NCBI RefSeq assembly: GCF_009914755.1
Contig: NC_060936.1
DNA length: 64,000 bases
Strand: one strand, 5' to 3'
Origin: the human T2T-CHM13v2.0 reference genome, Homo sapiens
The notes beneath the pieces were generated by a model. The model saw only the letters and a program-made list of their open reading frames with translations, did not search any database and was not told where the DNA came from. Made by a program: the position numbers and the translations under genes. Positions 46,315-63,199 of the stretch are shown here, one piece after another. Numbering within the stretch: position 1 is the stretch's first letter; each line of letters opens with the position of its first letter.

Positions 46315-46640
46315 TTTTGCATTTGCTGTTTCCTCTTTCTGGAACAGTCTTCCCTCCAGTTCTCTGTATTGCTGATTCCTTTTCACCCTTCAAGTTCATC
46401 TCTTCAGAGAGGCTTTCCTAACCATCCCATGTAAAGTACCCCTTTTCATTCCCTCTATAAGCATTTTATTATTCTCTTCATCTTTTTCAAAGCAATTACC
46501 ATAATTTGTAGTTATCTAGTAGTTAATTGCTCTTTCATTTATTGTGTGCCTTATCCAATGAGAATGGACCAGAATCTTGTCAGTCTTATTTACTGCCACA
46601 TCCCCACCTCTGATGCATGTCACTCAATAAATACTTTTGA
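46315..46640 (+). mobile_element. L2 3' fragment
   Basis: TTTGCATTTGCTGTTTCCTCTTTCTGGAA..CACTCAATAAATAC. Confidence 0.7.
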
Positions 46641-48670
46641 AAGAAATACTGCTGTACAGCATTTAGAAATAAAGAGGAGGCACTTCTCAGAGACTTTCAA
46701 AATCCTAAAAAAACAGACCTTGGGGTTATTATAATCTGGTTTTCTTTTCTTACAAACCTAAAAAGAAACTGAGGCGCGGCAACTCTCCCGAGATTCATTT
46801 AAGATGGCAAGTTTGAGACACAGCCAGTGATATTCTTCCATCTCCCTGTCTCCCACTCCAGCGAGCTCTCCAAACCAAGCTGTTGTTTCTGCTAGTCTTA
46901 CTTTATTATTCCTACAGGATGTATCAACAGTGCTGAGCACACGTGAAAACCAAATGTTTGCTTCTTTTCCCATACTGCCTTTTTGTTGTTGTTTTGCCAA
47001 CTATAGTGGAAAAAAACACACAAGACATTGGATGTCATGCAAATGAGTCTGACCTCAATGCCATGGGCAGAAGAGATGAGATTCCATTGCACTCCAACCT
47101 TATTCCATGGTATGGCCTGGAAGCCTCAACTTTGCTGCTGACATGGCCAGAGCAACTGCCATATCTACTATATAAAGTGTGGTTTTAAACCAAGAAAAAT
47201 GCTCTAGGCACTAACAATCTCACACATCCAAAAAATAAATTAATGTAGCCAATATACACTTCAGTAGCTAGGCCTATTTTCCTCACAGAGGTCAAGTTTA
47301 AATTCAAGTGAACAAGAAAAAAAAATTCCTATGAAAAGAGAAGGATCACATATGCAAGTGCCATAACCGTCACAAGTCACAAATCCACTGGGGAACTGCT
47401 AGATAAGACATGGTTTACTGATCCAGAATCAGACCTATTTATTAGTAAGCTCAATGCGAACAGGTATCTAAGCCACCATGTTTGATAACACATTCCTCCT
47501 TATAAGAAATAGGGTGTCTTAAACAACGTCTTTCTAAATTCCTGGAATATCAGGATAATTTGTGGTACCTACATTAAGGTTCCCTTCAGGTAGCTGCACT
47601 CTATTGCCCACAGTTCCCAGGCTTGATGTTGTGGATCAAAATTCTCAGGATCCATGGACAGATTAACAGGCCATTCCCTAACCCTTCAACACAATGGCTG
47701 ATTCATCTTTTCTGTGCCAGTGCATTTTTATTACTTTGAAGTTAGCCATTCTTTTATGTGCATTTGTCCATCTAGCCTATCGTTCTTGAATGAAGCATGA
47801 TGGAGGGACAAGACCATGTCAGTTTGTTAACTCTCTATTTTCCAATTAAACTGACCCAGAGTCTTGCTCCTGGACATTACAATACTGATAATACAATTCA
47901 CAGTTCTGCAGACCATGTTTTACTGTGGTCACGTTTCTTAATCATAAAAAATCAGGTCCTCAATCACTGGTGCCATGTAATCTGGCAAATCTGTCTGAAT
48001 GCATTCATGCAATAATGCTCTTAACTGCGTACTTTTTAAAAAGAACGTTAAGATTAGCTTTTAAATTAAGCAAGATGATATTACTTCAAATAATACAAAT
48101 CCAGAAATGGATAGGTTAATAATCCTATTAGTTCCAAAGTTTAGAATATTTACTCAAGCATGAGCAAACGTTATTAGGATCCAGTGAATAACATTATAGT
48201 ATTTTTAAAAACCTGTGCCAAATGTGAATGTAAAACAAAACTGGGGAATAGGGAATTATTTTATCTATATCCAAGCAAAGGGGTGCTATTTAGCTCCCAA
48301 AGACTTCTGATAAAAACTAAAGCAGATGTTGATAATTGCAACCCTATGTACCCCAGATTTCTTTAAAAATTCATTTGGTTATATATTCCGAATAATGTCT
48401 AAAACTCAAATAGGATACACCGTCAACACTGCATGGCTAGAGTAGTCAGACATATTTTTAAGCAGTCAAAATGAAGCTATATCCTTAATGCTTTGCAATA
48501 AAATCAATGATATCCATATCCCTAAACAAGAAGGCTTTTAAAAATTAAATTTTTATCCTTTATATAAATTAAGAAAAATACAGGCTCTAAATAGTATTTA
48601 ACAATTTTTCTCTTACTCTGAAAAGTTTTTCCACTCACACATAATTTGTACATAACTTTCAAATGTATGA

Positions 48671-48990
<320 letters not shown>

Positions 48991-50193
48991 AAATTCATAT
49001 TTCATTTGAGTTACTGAGAAGAGAAATTTAGACAGGAGCATAAAATAAGTTGTCATTTAAATAGATATTTTAAGATATTTTTTAAGGAACACGATGTTTA
49101 ACTCAGTAAAAGTAAAACTTTTTGTTAAAGCAAAATTCTCCTTAATCTTTGCACTAATATGTTACTCTAGAAATGCTGACATTGCTGGACACCTGGCTGA
49201 TGCTCAAAAAGCGTTAAAAAAAATGAACTTCACATAGAATGGGCTCACAGTTTGTTGAGGCTTTGATCTCAGCAACAAAGTGACAGCATCATGCTATCAT
49301 GCTACAGGTAGGTAAAGTTAAATCAAGCCACGTGTGGCTAACACAGAGACCAGCTTCTTCAGAGTGTTCATCCTGTTGTTTCAGGAAGGCAACAATGGTC
49401 AGCTCCACCAAAAATGGTAGGAGAAAGTAGACTGGACAGACCTTCTAACACCTGTGTAGACATGTATCAGCAAAGGAGTGTGTGTGCTTGGCATTTTCTC
49501 AGGTATGAAAAATAATTTGACTAATACAAATCTGCTTCTCCCCTTGAGCTAACAATGTAGAGGCAAAAGGAAGCGCAAGAGAAAATAAGACCAATTTGGG
49601 AAATGTGAAGTGAGCAGGCTAATTGTTATTGTTGAAAAAATGTATCTTGAAATGTCTACCTTTTCCTCGTTTACATCCTACAAATCACTTACCCAAATCA
49701 GACTGTCAAGATTATAGATCCTGCCTCAGAATTGTTTGGTACATTTCTATGTGAAATCTTCTTCAAAAATAAATTCATCAACATAAATTAACATGAGACT
49801 TTTCTTGGTTTTCTGACATGGTGAATTTCAGAATAGACAATGAATTAAATATTTTAATGGAAAGAGGGAAACACAAACTTATCCCTAAACTAGTACATGA
49901 GGTACTCATACGCTTTATAAAAATTAGTATGAAAATTAATGTAACACATGTAAACGAAGCATTTTAATTTTTTACAAAGATTATTTTGAAAACAGTTCAA
50001 TAGCTTTTAAATGAATATGGAAGGTCAATAATACATATATAATTTTATATATGGATATTTTTGTATAAATATAAATATCCATATTTATACATAAATACCC
50101 ATATATTAAAAATATATTATACACACACGCACACAAAATAATGACAAATAAGACCACTGTATAGTTTTTAAATTCATATAAGTATAAAGTCTA

Positions 50194-50430
<237 letters not shown>

Positions 50431-53031
50431 TTACTGTAAAATTTGCTCTTACCATCATGTGCTCACCACATACTTTTGTGTTGTGTTGACAACAATAATA
50501 CTTACTGTGAAGTTAGCCAGAATTATTTGTGCATTTATGTGTGTGTCTGTCACTAGGAAAAAAGGATATTTTTGTGCTGCACTGAAAATTAAAAAATGAG
50601 AAAAATCTAATTATTTCTCTACCTTTCCCACAAATTACATTGAAAAAGAATGAGCAAAAGCTACAGTCATTATGTATACACATTCTAACCCAAATATATT
50701 AAGCAAAACATCATAATCACCATTCCTATGTAAGGCTAACATATGTAATTTTGTATTTTACAATATAAAATGGGGCTACGATAAAACTTTCTGATATCTG
50801 CTTAAAAGGCACACTTTTCATTAAAATAAGTGCCCAAATTTGTTTCTTTATAGTTATTTCTGACTTGTGAATCATTAGTTATAATTTTGTTGTTACAATT
50901 TTCCTATTTCATTTTGCCATCAAGCATCATGTTCATCATCATTAACTGAGGAATGGGGGCCCACAGGAAAAAAAAAGATGGAGTCAGAAATCAATAATCC
51001 TAATAAAAATCTGCTCATGTTGTTGTAAGTTAACTGTTATCTCTTTAAATATCTATTCTTAATGGCTGGCAAAATTCAAAATAGCAAACAACAATATCAT
51101 TTTAACTCCCTCCAAGAAATAACAAAAATAGTAATGAGTATATCTATATCAAAGATCTCTCCAAATTATGATCACCAGACTGATTTCCTAACATCTCTAA
51201 GGCCTCCATCTTTTTGAACCAAAGGGGCTGAATTAGATAAAATTTAAGCTGTCTTTCAAATGGAAACTTCCATGCATCTACGATACCTGAATGTTTTCTG
51301 TTAATCCAACTTCTCTAGGTATGTTCTAGGGTAGATTCCTAACAATAGAGCTCAGGAGGCCAATTCTATTTCTATAACAAACCACACTGATATGCATAAG
51401 TCATGGAAGTCACTTGGCTCAATATATTTTTCAAAGCTATTCTACCTTTTAAGCTATGCTAAACTGATAGTAGCCTTAAAGGCTCCAGAGATAAATCTCA
51501 CAAAATAAGTCTGCTATTTTCCAAGCAATTTCATTTTAATTAAAAAACCAGTAGAAGAAAAAATATGATTATTACATGGGTAGTAAGAATACCTCCTACT
51601 ACAAATTACAAACTTAAACTACACATGGAAACAGAAAAATTAACCAGGATATGGAAAGTAAATAAACTATTTATGAATGAATGGCTAAATGAATCAGTTG
51701 GCCTGCAGTGTTAAATCTTATTGGAGGTGTCTTACGCTTTAGGCCATGGATTGTGATAATTACACCAATATTTAGTCACTCCTGCCTCTGCTCACCCACA
51801 GAGCACACAGTTTAACCTTAATTTATGTCTTTGTATCTTGTATTATAATACATTATTTAGCTATCCCAATCAATTGCTTAATATTATTTAACTTTGTATT
51901 CAACATAGCATTTAGTTAACTTGCACACAGTAGGCATTGAGTACATATTTTATGAAATAACACATAAGCACCTGTATATCTAAACTTTCTACATTAACTA
52001 ACCAGAAAATAACTGTGCTTTGGATTTATATGACAATATCTTAGGTAACAACTCTTCTGGGTCATTTAGCTCTGCAAATTTACTTGCGCAGTAATTCCTT
52101 CCAACCAAACCATTCATTATTCTAGATATAACTGGACCGTCTCTTCTGGAAGAGTCCTCGGATGAGAGCTACAGAGATCAGCTCACAAAAATATGTACTT
52201 CTGGCCTCTTCCCCTTAAGATGTTAACTGGTATAATTTAATCTGTTATTTAAATGTATGTTTTATTGCTGTAAATCAATAAAACTTCCATCTGAGCTGTG
52301 TCAAAGACATGTTTATACTATATTGCTCATTATTTAAAAGGGATTTTTCAAGGTAGACCCTAAATATACTGGATTAGGAAATAAATTTTAAAAGTCCTAA
52401 AGGTGAAAGCCTTTATGTTTCATTTATCTACACTTCTCATGATCTTTCCAAAGAAAGATCATGAATTAAGATAGAAAAGCAGCAGATAATACTTCAAAAA
52501 GCACTGAAATGAATGTAGAAACTGAATCATTTTCAGGTCCAAGATGCTCACATAATATTTTGCACTCTGCTACTTGCTATTAAATCCCAGGATGCAGTAT
52601 TTTTACAAGTTTTTTTTTAAACAGAAAAAAAGACAAGGGAAGAGAAGAGAAGAGAAAAGAGAAGACAAAAAGAAAAGGAAAATACAGACATATATATTAG
52701 CCTGTGTTTCTTAAGTGAGCTACAGAAGACAGAATAGGCCTTCCCACCTTTTGAAATCTGTGCAAGAGTCTGGGTCCGAAATGTACAATTCCGTTGCCCT
52801 AACGTGTGGAAAAGGAATTTGTACCCTCCTGCCAATCCTTAAGCATATTAAAGCTTCTTTCTAGAGATTAGTCAATAAAAAAATGTTTTATACGTTTGTA
52901 TCCTAATACTTCTAAAAGTAAAATGAGAAAGCTTATTTTGTTTTAATTACCTTTCACGATGAAAATATTTTGATATGAATAATTTTCATGGCTTTGAAGA
53001 AATGCAATACACAAGATCAGAGCTTATATGA

Positions 53032-53426
<395 letters not shown>

Positions 53427-53914
53427 TAACATTTTAACACACAGGTGACAGTATCTATTTCATAAGACTGCTGGGGGAATTAAGTGAAATCATTCACCAA
53501 GGCAGAGAGGATGCTCGGAAAAAATGTTTCACCTCCCTGAACTCCTAACCACGCAATCAATTCACTGTAACGTGTTTGTTCTGGCTGTATCACCCAACTA
53601 AATTTTCAGCAGGTACAACTAACCAATTTCTTTCTTAAGAAAAACATTCCTCTAACGATGTGCAGACTGGAGAATAGGAAAGATAAATAAGAGGCTGTTT
53701 TGCTGTGGTACTAATAAAAATTTCAACATGAGACAAAAAGAGAAGGCTCTTCATAAACTAAACTAAGGCAGTAGTAGGACTACCAGTCCTCTAAATCCAA
53801 GGAAAGCAGGAATTAGATGAATGACAGAGTATTGTGATACACTGGGGCAGGCAGTCCCCAGAAAAGCAAGTAGTCTCCTATTGATACAAGAGATCTCATT
53901 ATTCTAAATTAAGT

Positions 53915-54095
53915 CAGGGTTTCTAAACCTGGCTTCACATTAGAATCACCTAGGAGGCTGGTAAAACCCACCAGTTTCCAGGCCCCACCCTTCCCCAGGG
54001 ATTTTGATTAATTGATCTGGACTCTGGGCCCAGGGAGTTGTTTTATTAAAAGCTCTCCAGGTGGTGCTAATGTGCAGTTGTGGCTGAGAACCAAG
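53915..54095. mobile_element. MER5A/B-like
   Basis: CAGGGTTTCTAAACCTGGC..TTAGAATCACCT..GGCTGAGAACC. Confidence 0.75.
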
Positions 54096-54884
54096 GATCT
54101 AAATGTTTTTAAAACCCAGGGTAAACATGAACAACAAGCACCCAAGGTCCACACCTTACGGCAAAAGCCATTTACCTTCTACGGACAAGCAAGCGCACCA
54201 GACAAACACACAGTCAAGCAGACATGCCAAGCTCTCATGAGTTTTTAAATCTTTAGTATGTTCTTTACCATCATGATCACTCATCTAAAGATTTAAAATT
54301 TTCTAAACTTACAGTTACAAAATGAACTATTTTCTGGCACAGCTAGCAGTACCAGCACCTGCCTACCAAAGCAGGCCATTTAAAGGCAGAGGAATACTTC
54401 CAAAAGACAAGGTTAGGCCAGCTGTCAACAAAGAACAATCCCACCAATTTCACCTCAGGTTAAGCCTTCTCAATTCCAGAGATGGAAGCTCTGTGAATGG
54501 TGGATCCTGCATTCCTGGGGCCAGACCTCCTGCTATGGCTCAGCTGAGCAAGCCTGCTGTCTCTTCCATCAGATGGCCAGGGGCCTCACAACAAACCAAA
54601 CAGGTTCTTCACTGAACTAAACATTCACTCTCATTCCTGTTTTAAAGCAATCCTGCTGCTCTCACCTATGTAACTAACGACAATAATCCTCTCATATCTG
54701 CTTCCTTAAGTTACAGAATTTTGCACTTCACGATCATTGACCTCCTCTCTGAACTGATAACATGAGTTAGCATGTTATCTGCTCTTTCGTAGTTCCAGAG
54801 GTGTGATGATTATGTTCCAAATATGTGAAAATCTAGTTGAATGCACAATCTCAGCATAGACATGTAATTGTTTAGTAACAACAA

Positions 54885-55105
54885 TACTAATAGCAATAGT
54901 AACAGCTAATGTGTAGCACCAGTTACCGTGTGCCAAGCACTGTTCAGAACAGTTAGGAAACATTTACTCCCATGATTTCACAACAACCCTATGAGGCGAG
55001 TGCCATTATTATCCCCACTTTATAGACAAAGCAATGAGGCACAAAGAAGATACATGGTTAGTATGCAACAGAACTACAGTTAAAATCCAGGAAGTCTGGC
55101 TCCTA
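54885..55105 (-). mobile_element. MIR
   Basis: GTGCCAAGCACTGTTC..AACAACCCTATGAGG..ATTATCCCCACTT. Confidence 0.75.
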
Positions 55106-58100
55106 CAATAAATGTTTATTGTAAGTCAAGCTATATTAACTGTTCAATAATTACTTGATAATTAATTCTGTAGAACACATTAAAAAGTGCATTAATTTAC
55201 CTTAGCTTCATGTTTAAAGAATTCAGAGGTTCCCTTTGGAAGTATTATTCCCTCACCTCTGTTAAATGCAGTAAAACACTGCAGAAATAACAAAGCAAAA
55301 GCAAAAGCAAAGCTGGCTGGCTGGGAGCTGTCACTCCTAATTGTGCCCAGCACAGGTGCCCAACACAGTACCACCCACTGGGCTGGGTAACTGCAAGCTG
55401 GATTTAAATAACACAGAACTGCTAGGAGGAAATGGAATATCCTGTGATTTTCTCAACACCTATCCTTACTAAATCAAAACTCCCTAAGAGCATTACTGTT
55501 AAAATAGCTGACTACTAGTTAAAATACCTCATGTGTAAAGGGTAAATTTGTACTGCTTCTTTTGACCACTGTGCCAAACTAAAGTTTTATTTAATGTTTC
55601 TTTAACATACACTAGTAAGCTTTTCATACAGGAAAAATTTGGATAACAAGAAGGTAGGTATTTTTAAAAAAAACCATTAGGAGCAAAAATATTCGACTGC
55701 AAGATTTTAAAGGATTTGATCCTTTGAAAATATTTTCTATGATGAATATGATAGATCGAAAGTTGCTTTCTCTTTATTTTTCAATCTCTGCATCCCAAAG
55801 GTTTCCCCAAGCCTCACTCCTCCTGAAGAAATTGTACAGGAGTGAACAACTGCATCCCGCATTTGTGCTCTGTTTCTTTCCCTTCTCCCCTATGTTCCTG
55901 TTCCTCCTTAACCCAAATGACATGAAAAAGTTGCCAATGCCTTACACTGGAAGATCTATATGATCTGTGGTTTTCATTTTAAGTCAAGCTGTAATGGAAA
56001 AACTATCCTAGTTAAGGGAAGTTTATTACACTACATTGTATTTTTTAAAAACATGCAATTGTTTTTGTAGCCCTTGAGGAGCTGAATTCTACTAAGAGAA
56101 GACACTTTTCACTTTGAGAGGCACAGTAAAGGTTTTCAGACACCATACTCATTTAGTCAATTATCCTCCCAACAGGCCATGAAAGCATTAAGGTACAGGT
56201 CAACTATCACTTCCTTACTGGTTTCCCAACTTCATGTTGTCAAAACTGTGGTTCCAAGCAAAATAACCACCTCATACTTTTTAGTCACAGTTAATCTTGA
56301 TACTTTCTGAAACACTAAGATTGGCTCACTGACAATCTCTGAAATGTCATCCTGAGTACAGTGGGGCTTTCTAGCAAATTCTCTAATAATATCCAATACT
56401 GTCTTAAACTAAAAAAAGGAAATGAAAAAACTGTATCTGTAATTCCAATTAAGTTTTATTTCCACTCTGTCTTCTGGCTTGCACTTTTGCTATTGATTAA
56501 CAAATCATGTCCATGTTAGCCCATTCTGAATAGCTCAGAGGAATATTATAAATATTAAGATGATGTATTCTTTAAAATTCTATAGCTTCAAGTTGGTATT
56601 CTTTCACAAATAACTATAAAATAAACTCAAAATCTTTTTTTCCTGCATTAGTTCACTGAAAATAAAAAGGGTTAGCAATTAGAATCAATAGATTCTTTGA
56701 AAACACTAACTAATGAAGATGTATTGTGTTTGCTTGGAAAGCTAAGCCTTGTGATTTCTCTGAGCTGTTACTCAGCTATTTACCCAGCAAATATCTCCTG
56801 AATGTATGTTAAATGCCAAGCACTACAGCTAATCACTGAGCATCATGAATAAACTTACCCAGAGATGGCATCCCCCCGAGCTGGAACTTTCCAATGATAA
56901 ACAGGACAGTGAAACATTTTCCCCTTAAAAAAGCATAACTCAAACCCCTTCAACCTCATCCAAGAACACTGTGCCCTCAGTCTAACATCCAGAGCTATCC
57001 AACTACATTGTTCAATGTTCCAATGAATTTTGAATTTTTCATATACTGAAGGAATAATCACATGAGTGATGTGTTTACTGAAAGATCTCTATCCATGGAT
57101 TTACAAAAGAAATGGTCATCGTTATTGATCAATAACTAGATATTTACATGATAACATGGTCACCAAAGTTATGATTTATGTAATATGTTTCTACTTAATG
57201 CAAAAGTTTTAGATGCAAACAGATAACACTGAATTTAGCCAGTTGCTAGAGTTATGTTACAGCAACTTACTTGGTAACATATTTTTAAATTTTAGTTCAT
57301 GCTTCACAAGTCTATTTTAGCAGAAAAGAAAACATTGCCACATTGAGATCCCAGGCTGGAAAGTTACTTTTCCTCTGCCACCAAGGACCATGTAAGACAT
57401 GCACCCTGATGACTGATACACTTGATAATCAGATGGCAGCTAGAGAATAAACATAAGACCATGGCTGAAGGTACCTAAGAAAAATTTCAATGTGCACAGA
57501 TGGAATCTTTCACGTTAAAAGCAGGTAATATATGATCCGCAAATGATCAACACCTGTGTTACCTCGAGAAAGATTCTGTATACACTGTAAACAAACAAAC
57601 CCTAATTGCCAGGTAAGTAAACATAACAAAATATTAACCCTGTCTACATAGCTTAGAAGAAGACTCCACCAAGTAAACTAATATCAGCATATAAGTGGCT
57701 TGGCCAGGGTTATTTAAAATGTCATGATTATAGTGGAAGAAGTAAAATATGCTCTGACAGAATGTGATATCGTTGAAATCAATGAATATGGCATTTTGCA
57801 CAAATATTAAGTAGTTTTAAACTGCATGGTAAAATACGTTAAGACCTGCACAAAATTCACAGTACTGTTGCTGAAAATAATGTACACACTTCTTAAATAT
57901 ACACATATCCTTTTTTCCCCCCAAACTCTGAGAATCATCCATGAAAAGCTCTGAGCTAGGGATTATAGAGAAACAGTAATGATCAACAGACATCCCCTGC
58001 TTCAAGTAACCTATACTCCAGTAATCATCAAACAAAATAGGATTCTTTAACTGCCATGATGGGGGTTTAGGCCCAGTGTAGGAGGAGTTAAGGAGAGCAG

Positions 58101-59234
58101 TTATTCCAACAGAAGCTATTAGAAAAAAATTCTGGCAGAAACATTTATGTTATTCATTGGTCAATGCAGAACAGGAATATAACAGAGAAATCCACCATAA
58201 GGCTGAAATTAATTTATTTTTAGGTAAAATTTATATACAAGAAAATGCAGAGATCCAAGGTGTAACCATTCTGAATTTTAAGAAAATATGCACACCCTTG
58301 TAAACACTATCTCAATCAAGAAAGAGAACATTTCCATAATTCCAGGAAGTTCTGTCGTACCCCTTTTCCAGTCAATCCCCATTGCCGTAGACAACCACTG
58401 ATCAAATTTCTGACCCCATTGCACATTGATGAACTTCATATGGAATCATGGGGAATGTACTGTTTTGTGTCTAGCTTCTTTTAATCAGCACAATATTTAA
58501 AAAATTCATTCATATGGTTGTTCCTTCTATGTCACTGATTCATTTATCTACTGTTACCAGACTGTCCTGATTACTTTAGTGTTATAATAAGTCTTGAAAT
58601 TAGACAGTGAATCCTCCAACTTTGTTCTTTGAGATAGTTTAGCAATTCTAGGTCCTCTGATTTTCCATAAAAAATTTAGAATCAACTTTTCTGGTGGAAT
58701 GAATGTAAGTGATGATAGTGGATATCTTTGCCTAGCAAACAGTCATAAGGGAAAGCATCATTTTTTCACCACTGAGAATAAAGCTGGCTGCAATTTTTTT
58801 GTGTGGATGTCATCTTCTACTCTGGTTTCCTGAAAGGTTTTATCATAAATGAATGTTATTCTCTCAAATATTTTCTCTGCATATACTGAGATGATCATAC
58901 AGATTTGCCTCCATTGAATAATTTCAATATGGTGACTTGCATGGATTATTTTTCCATATGCTAAACCAACCAACCTTCCTGGGTCATGATTTATTCCCCT
59001 TTTACATACTGCTTGGTTCAGTTTTATTAATTTTTTGTTAAGGATACCTTTTGGTCTGAGTTCATGAAATTGGACTCAAATTTACTTTTCTTGTAACAAC
59101 TCAGGCCCTAGTAATAGAATTATGCTGGCTTCAAAAACCTTATTGGGAAGTGTTTATTCTACCTTTATTTTCTTAAAGTTTTTGTTTAAGATTGAAGCTA
59201 TTTCTTCCTTAAATATTTTATAGAATTCACCAGG

Positions 59235-59548
59235 GGCTGGGTGCAGTGGCCCACACCTCTAATCTCAGCAATTTGGTAGGCTGCAGTGGGTGGATTGCTT
59301 AAGCTCAGGATTTCAAAACCAGCCCAGGAAACAAGGTAAAACCTCATCTCTACAAAAAATACAAAAATTTGCCGGGTGTGGTTGCATGTGCCTGTGGTCC
59401 CACCTACTCAGGAGGTTGAGCTGGGAGGATCCCTTGAGCCTAGGCGGTCAATGCTGTAAGTGAGCTATGATCCTGCCACTGCATTCCAGCCACCTGAGTG
59501 CCAGAGTGAGACCTGGCACTCAGGTCTCAAAAAAAAAAAAAAAAAAAA
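59235..59548 (+). mobile_element. AluJ
   Basis: GGATCCCTTGAGCCTAGG..GTGAGCTATGATC, AluJ-type diagnostics. Confidence 0.9.
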
Positions 59549-60356
59549 TTCTATATGGGCCTGGAATTTGCTTTGCAGGTAACTTATTAATAATGATGTA
59601 GCTTCTTTAATAAATAAAAGGATACTCAAATTTTCCATTTCATGTCCATTTTTGGTAAGTTGTGATTGTCAAGCAAATGACCATCCCATCTAAGTTGGTA
59701 AATTTATTGGCACCAAGTTGTTCACAGTTGTTCAAATTTTTCCTTCATTATCCTCATAATGTCCATAGAATGACATGCCCTCTTTTATTCCTGATATTGA
59801 TAATTTGTACTTTATCTTTTTATTCTTAATCAGTTTAATCAGTCGTAGCCAGTGTATCAATTTGATTAATCTTTTCAAAGAACCAACTGTTAACATTGAC
59901 CTCTGCTCTTTAATATTTCATTATTTGTTTTGTTTGGGTTTAATTTGCTCCTATTATTCTAGCTTCTTAACATGAAACTTAGATCACTGACTTTAAACCT
60001 TTCCTCTTCTCTACTGCAATCACTTTTAAGCCACATATTTTCATCTAAGCACTGCTGTAGCTGCATTTCACAAATTTTAATATATTGTATTTTCTTTCCA
60101 TTCAAAGCTATTTTCCAATTTTCCTTCTGATTTCTCCTTAGACCCATGAATTATTTAGAACCTGCTACTTTAATTTACAAAGATTTGCAGCTTTTTCTGG
60201 CTATCTTATTGTTATTGGTTTCTAATTTAATTCTGCTGTGGTCAGGGGGCATATATTTCATTTATTTATTTAATAAATTACTAACATTTATTTTATACCC
60301 CAGGATATGATGAATTCTGGAGACTGTCTAATGTAAATGTGAAAAATAATTCATAA

Positions 60357-60751
<395 letters not shown>

Positions 60752-62300
60752 CTACAAATGTCAGTTTTGACAAGGTATTTAATAGTATTGTACTGCTTTT
60801 TTATAATCTTTTATCTAGTTGTTCTATCGTTGTTAAAAAAAAGAGTTAAAAATTCTGCAAATATAAGCTCAATTTGCCCATTTTTTTATTGTGGTAAAAT
60901 ATAAATAAAATTACCATTTTGTCCACTTTTAAGTATACAGCTCTACAGAATTAAGTGCATTCACACTGCTGGCTAACTGCCAGCTGATAATTTTTGCTTC
61001 ATGTATTTTGAAGCTATCTTATTAGATAAACTACACATTTTGTATCATTATTATTTCGGATGACTTGGCTCTTTTGTCATTAGAAAATGTCCTTCTTTAT
61101 CTCTGCTAATACTGTCTCTCTAGAAGTCTACTTTGTGTGACTATTAATATAGCCACACCAGCCTTCCTATACTCACTTTTGTATATTACATCTTTTCCCA
61201 ACCTTTCACTTTGAATCTAATAGCATTAAAGTGTGTCTCTTTAGACAATGTAGATCTGTGCCACATTTTTAGTACACAATAATTTTTTACATTTAATGCG
61301 ATTATTACCATAAATGGGTTTTAGGTATACCATTTTGCTATTTGCTATTTGTGCCATCTCTTATTCATTCCTGTGTTCTTAATTTATTGCATTTATTCAG
61401 CTTATCCAAATATTTTAAGTATTACGTTTTAATGCTCATAATGGCTTCTTATGTGTTTCTTTTTGTAATATATTCTAGTCATTGTTCTACAGATAAAAAC
61501 ATGCATCTTTCACTTATCAGTCTACCTAGAGATACTGCTTCACAAATATATAATTCCATTTACTGCCTCCAACTCTTTTGCTATTATCAAAAAATTGAGA
61601 GGAAGGTACAGAGATCTCCCACACACTTCCTGCCCACGTATGCATAGCCTCCCCAATTATCAACATCTTCCACCAAAGTGGGACATTTGTTGCAAGTGAT
61701 GAGCCCACATTAGCACATCATTATCACCTACAGTCCAAAGTTTACATTAGGTTTCACTCTTGGTGCTATATAGTTCATGGGTTTGGACAAATGTATAATG
61801 GCATGTATCTGCCATTAAAGTATAATAAAGAGTATTTTCACTATCCTAAATATCTTCCATGCTCCATACATTCACACATTCTGTCCATGTTTTATAATGG
61901 TCATCTTCAGGGGAATTAGACTTATACAAACTGCTCTGTCATTACCAAACCATGTTTACATTTTCCTGGAAAAAAATCAGATAACTGAAGGTGAGAGCAA
62001 TTTTTATTGCCAGCTTAAATGCCGAATATAGAGACTTAACCTAAAACATTCTGAAGATAACAGCAAACAATACCTAATAGCACTGAAGAGTTTGTAAGTA
62101 TGTTCACTGCTACTAGCTCATTTGATCCCGTAAATAACATTGTATGACTGCTGGAACACTGGCTAGGTGAGACTATTAGAGCTTAGATAAATTAATTCAT
62201 ACGCTGTGAAAGCAAATCTTAAACATATTCTTCCCACCACACTGTAATATCTTCATGATAAACAGTCGTATTTATATCTTCAGCACTAAGGTATTTACTT

Positions 62301-62689
<389 letters not shown>

Positions 62690-62800
62690 TAAGATAGTGA
62701 TTGACTCATATTCTACATTTCATATAGAGCCAAGTACCACTGATCTATTAGCACGAAATTTTAAGAACACATTCTCCAGCATAAAGTTGTTTAGAAATAA

Positions 62801-63077
<277 letters not shown>

Positions 63078-63199
63078 TTTTTGAGGCTTTCAATAAACAA
63101 ACCCAAATCTAATGTGTTATGAAAGTGAGAGCAAAGGATTTCAAGTTCCATCCACACCCACCAAAGGCCGGCCTTCCCACTTCACCCCCAAACTCCCAG

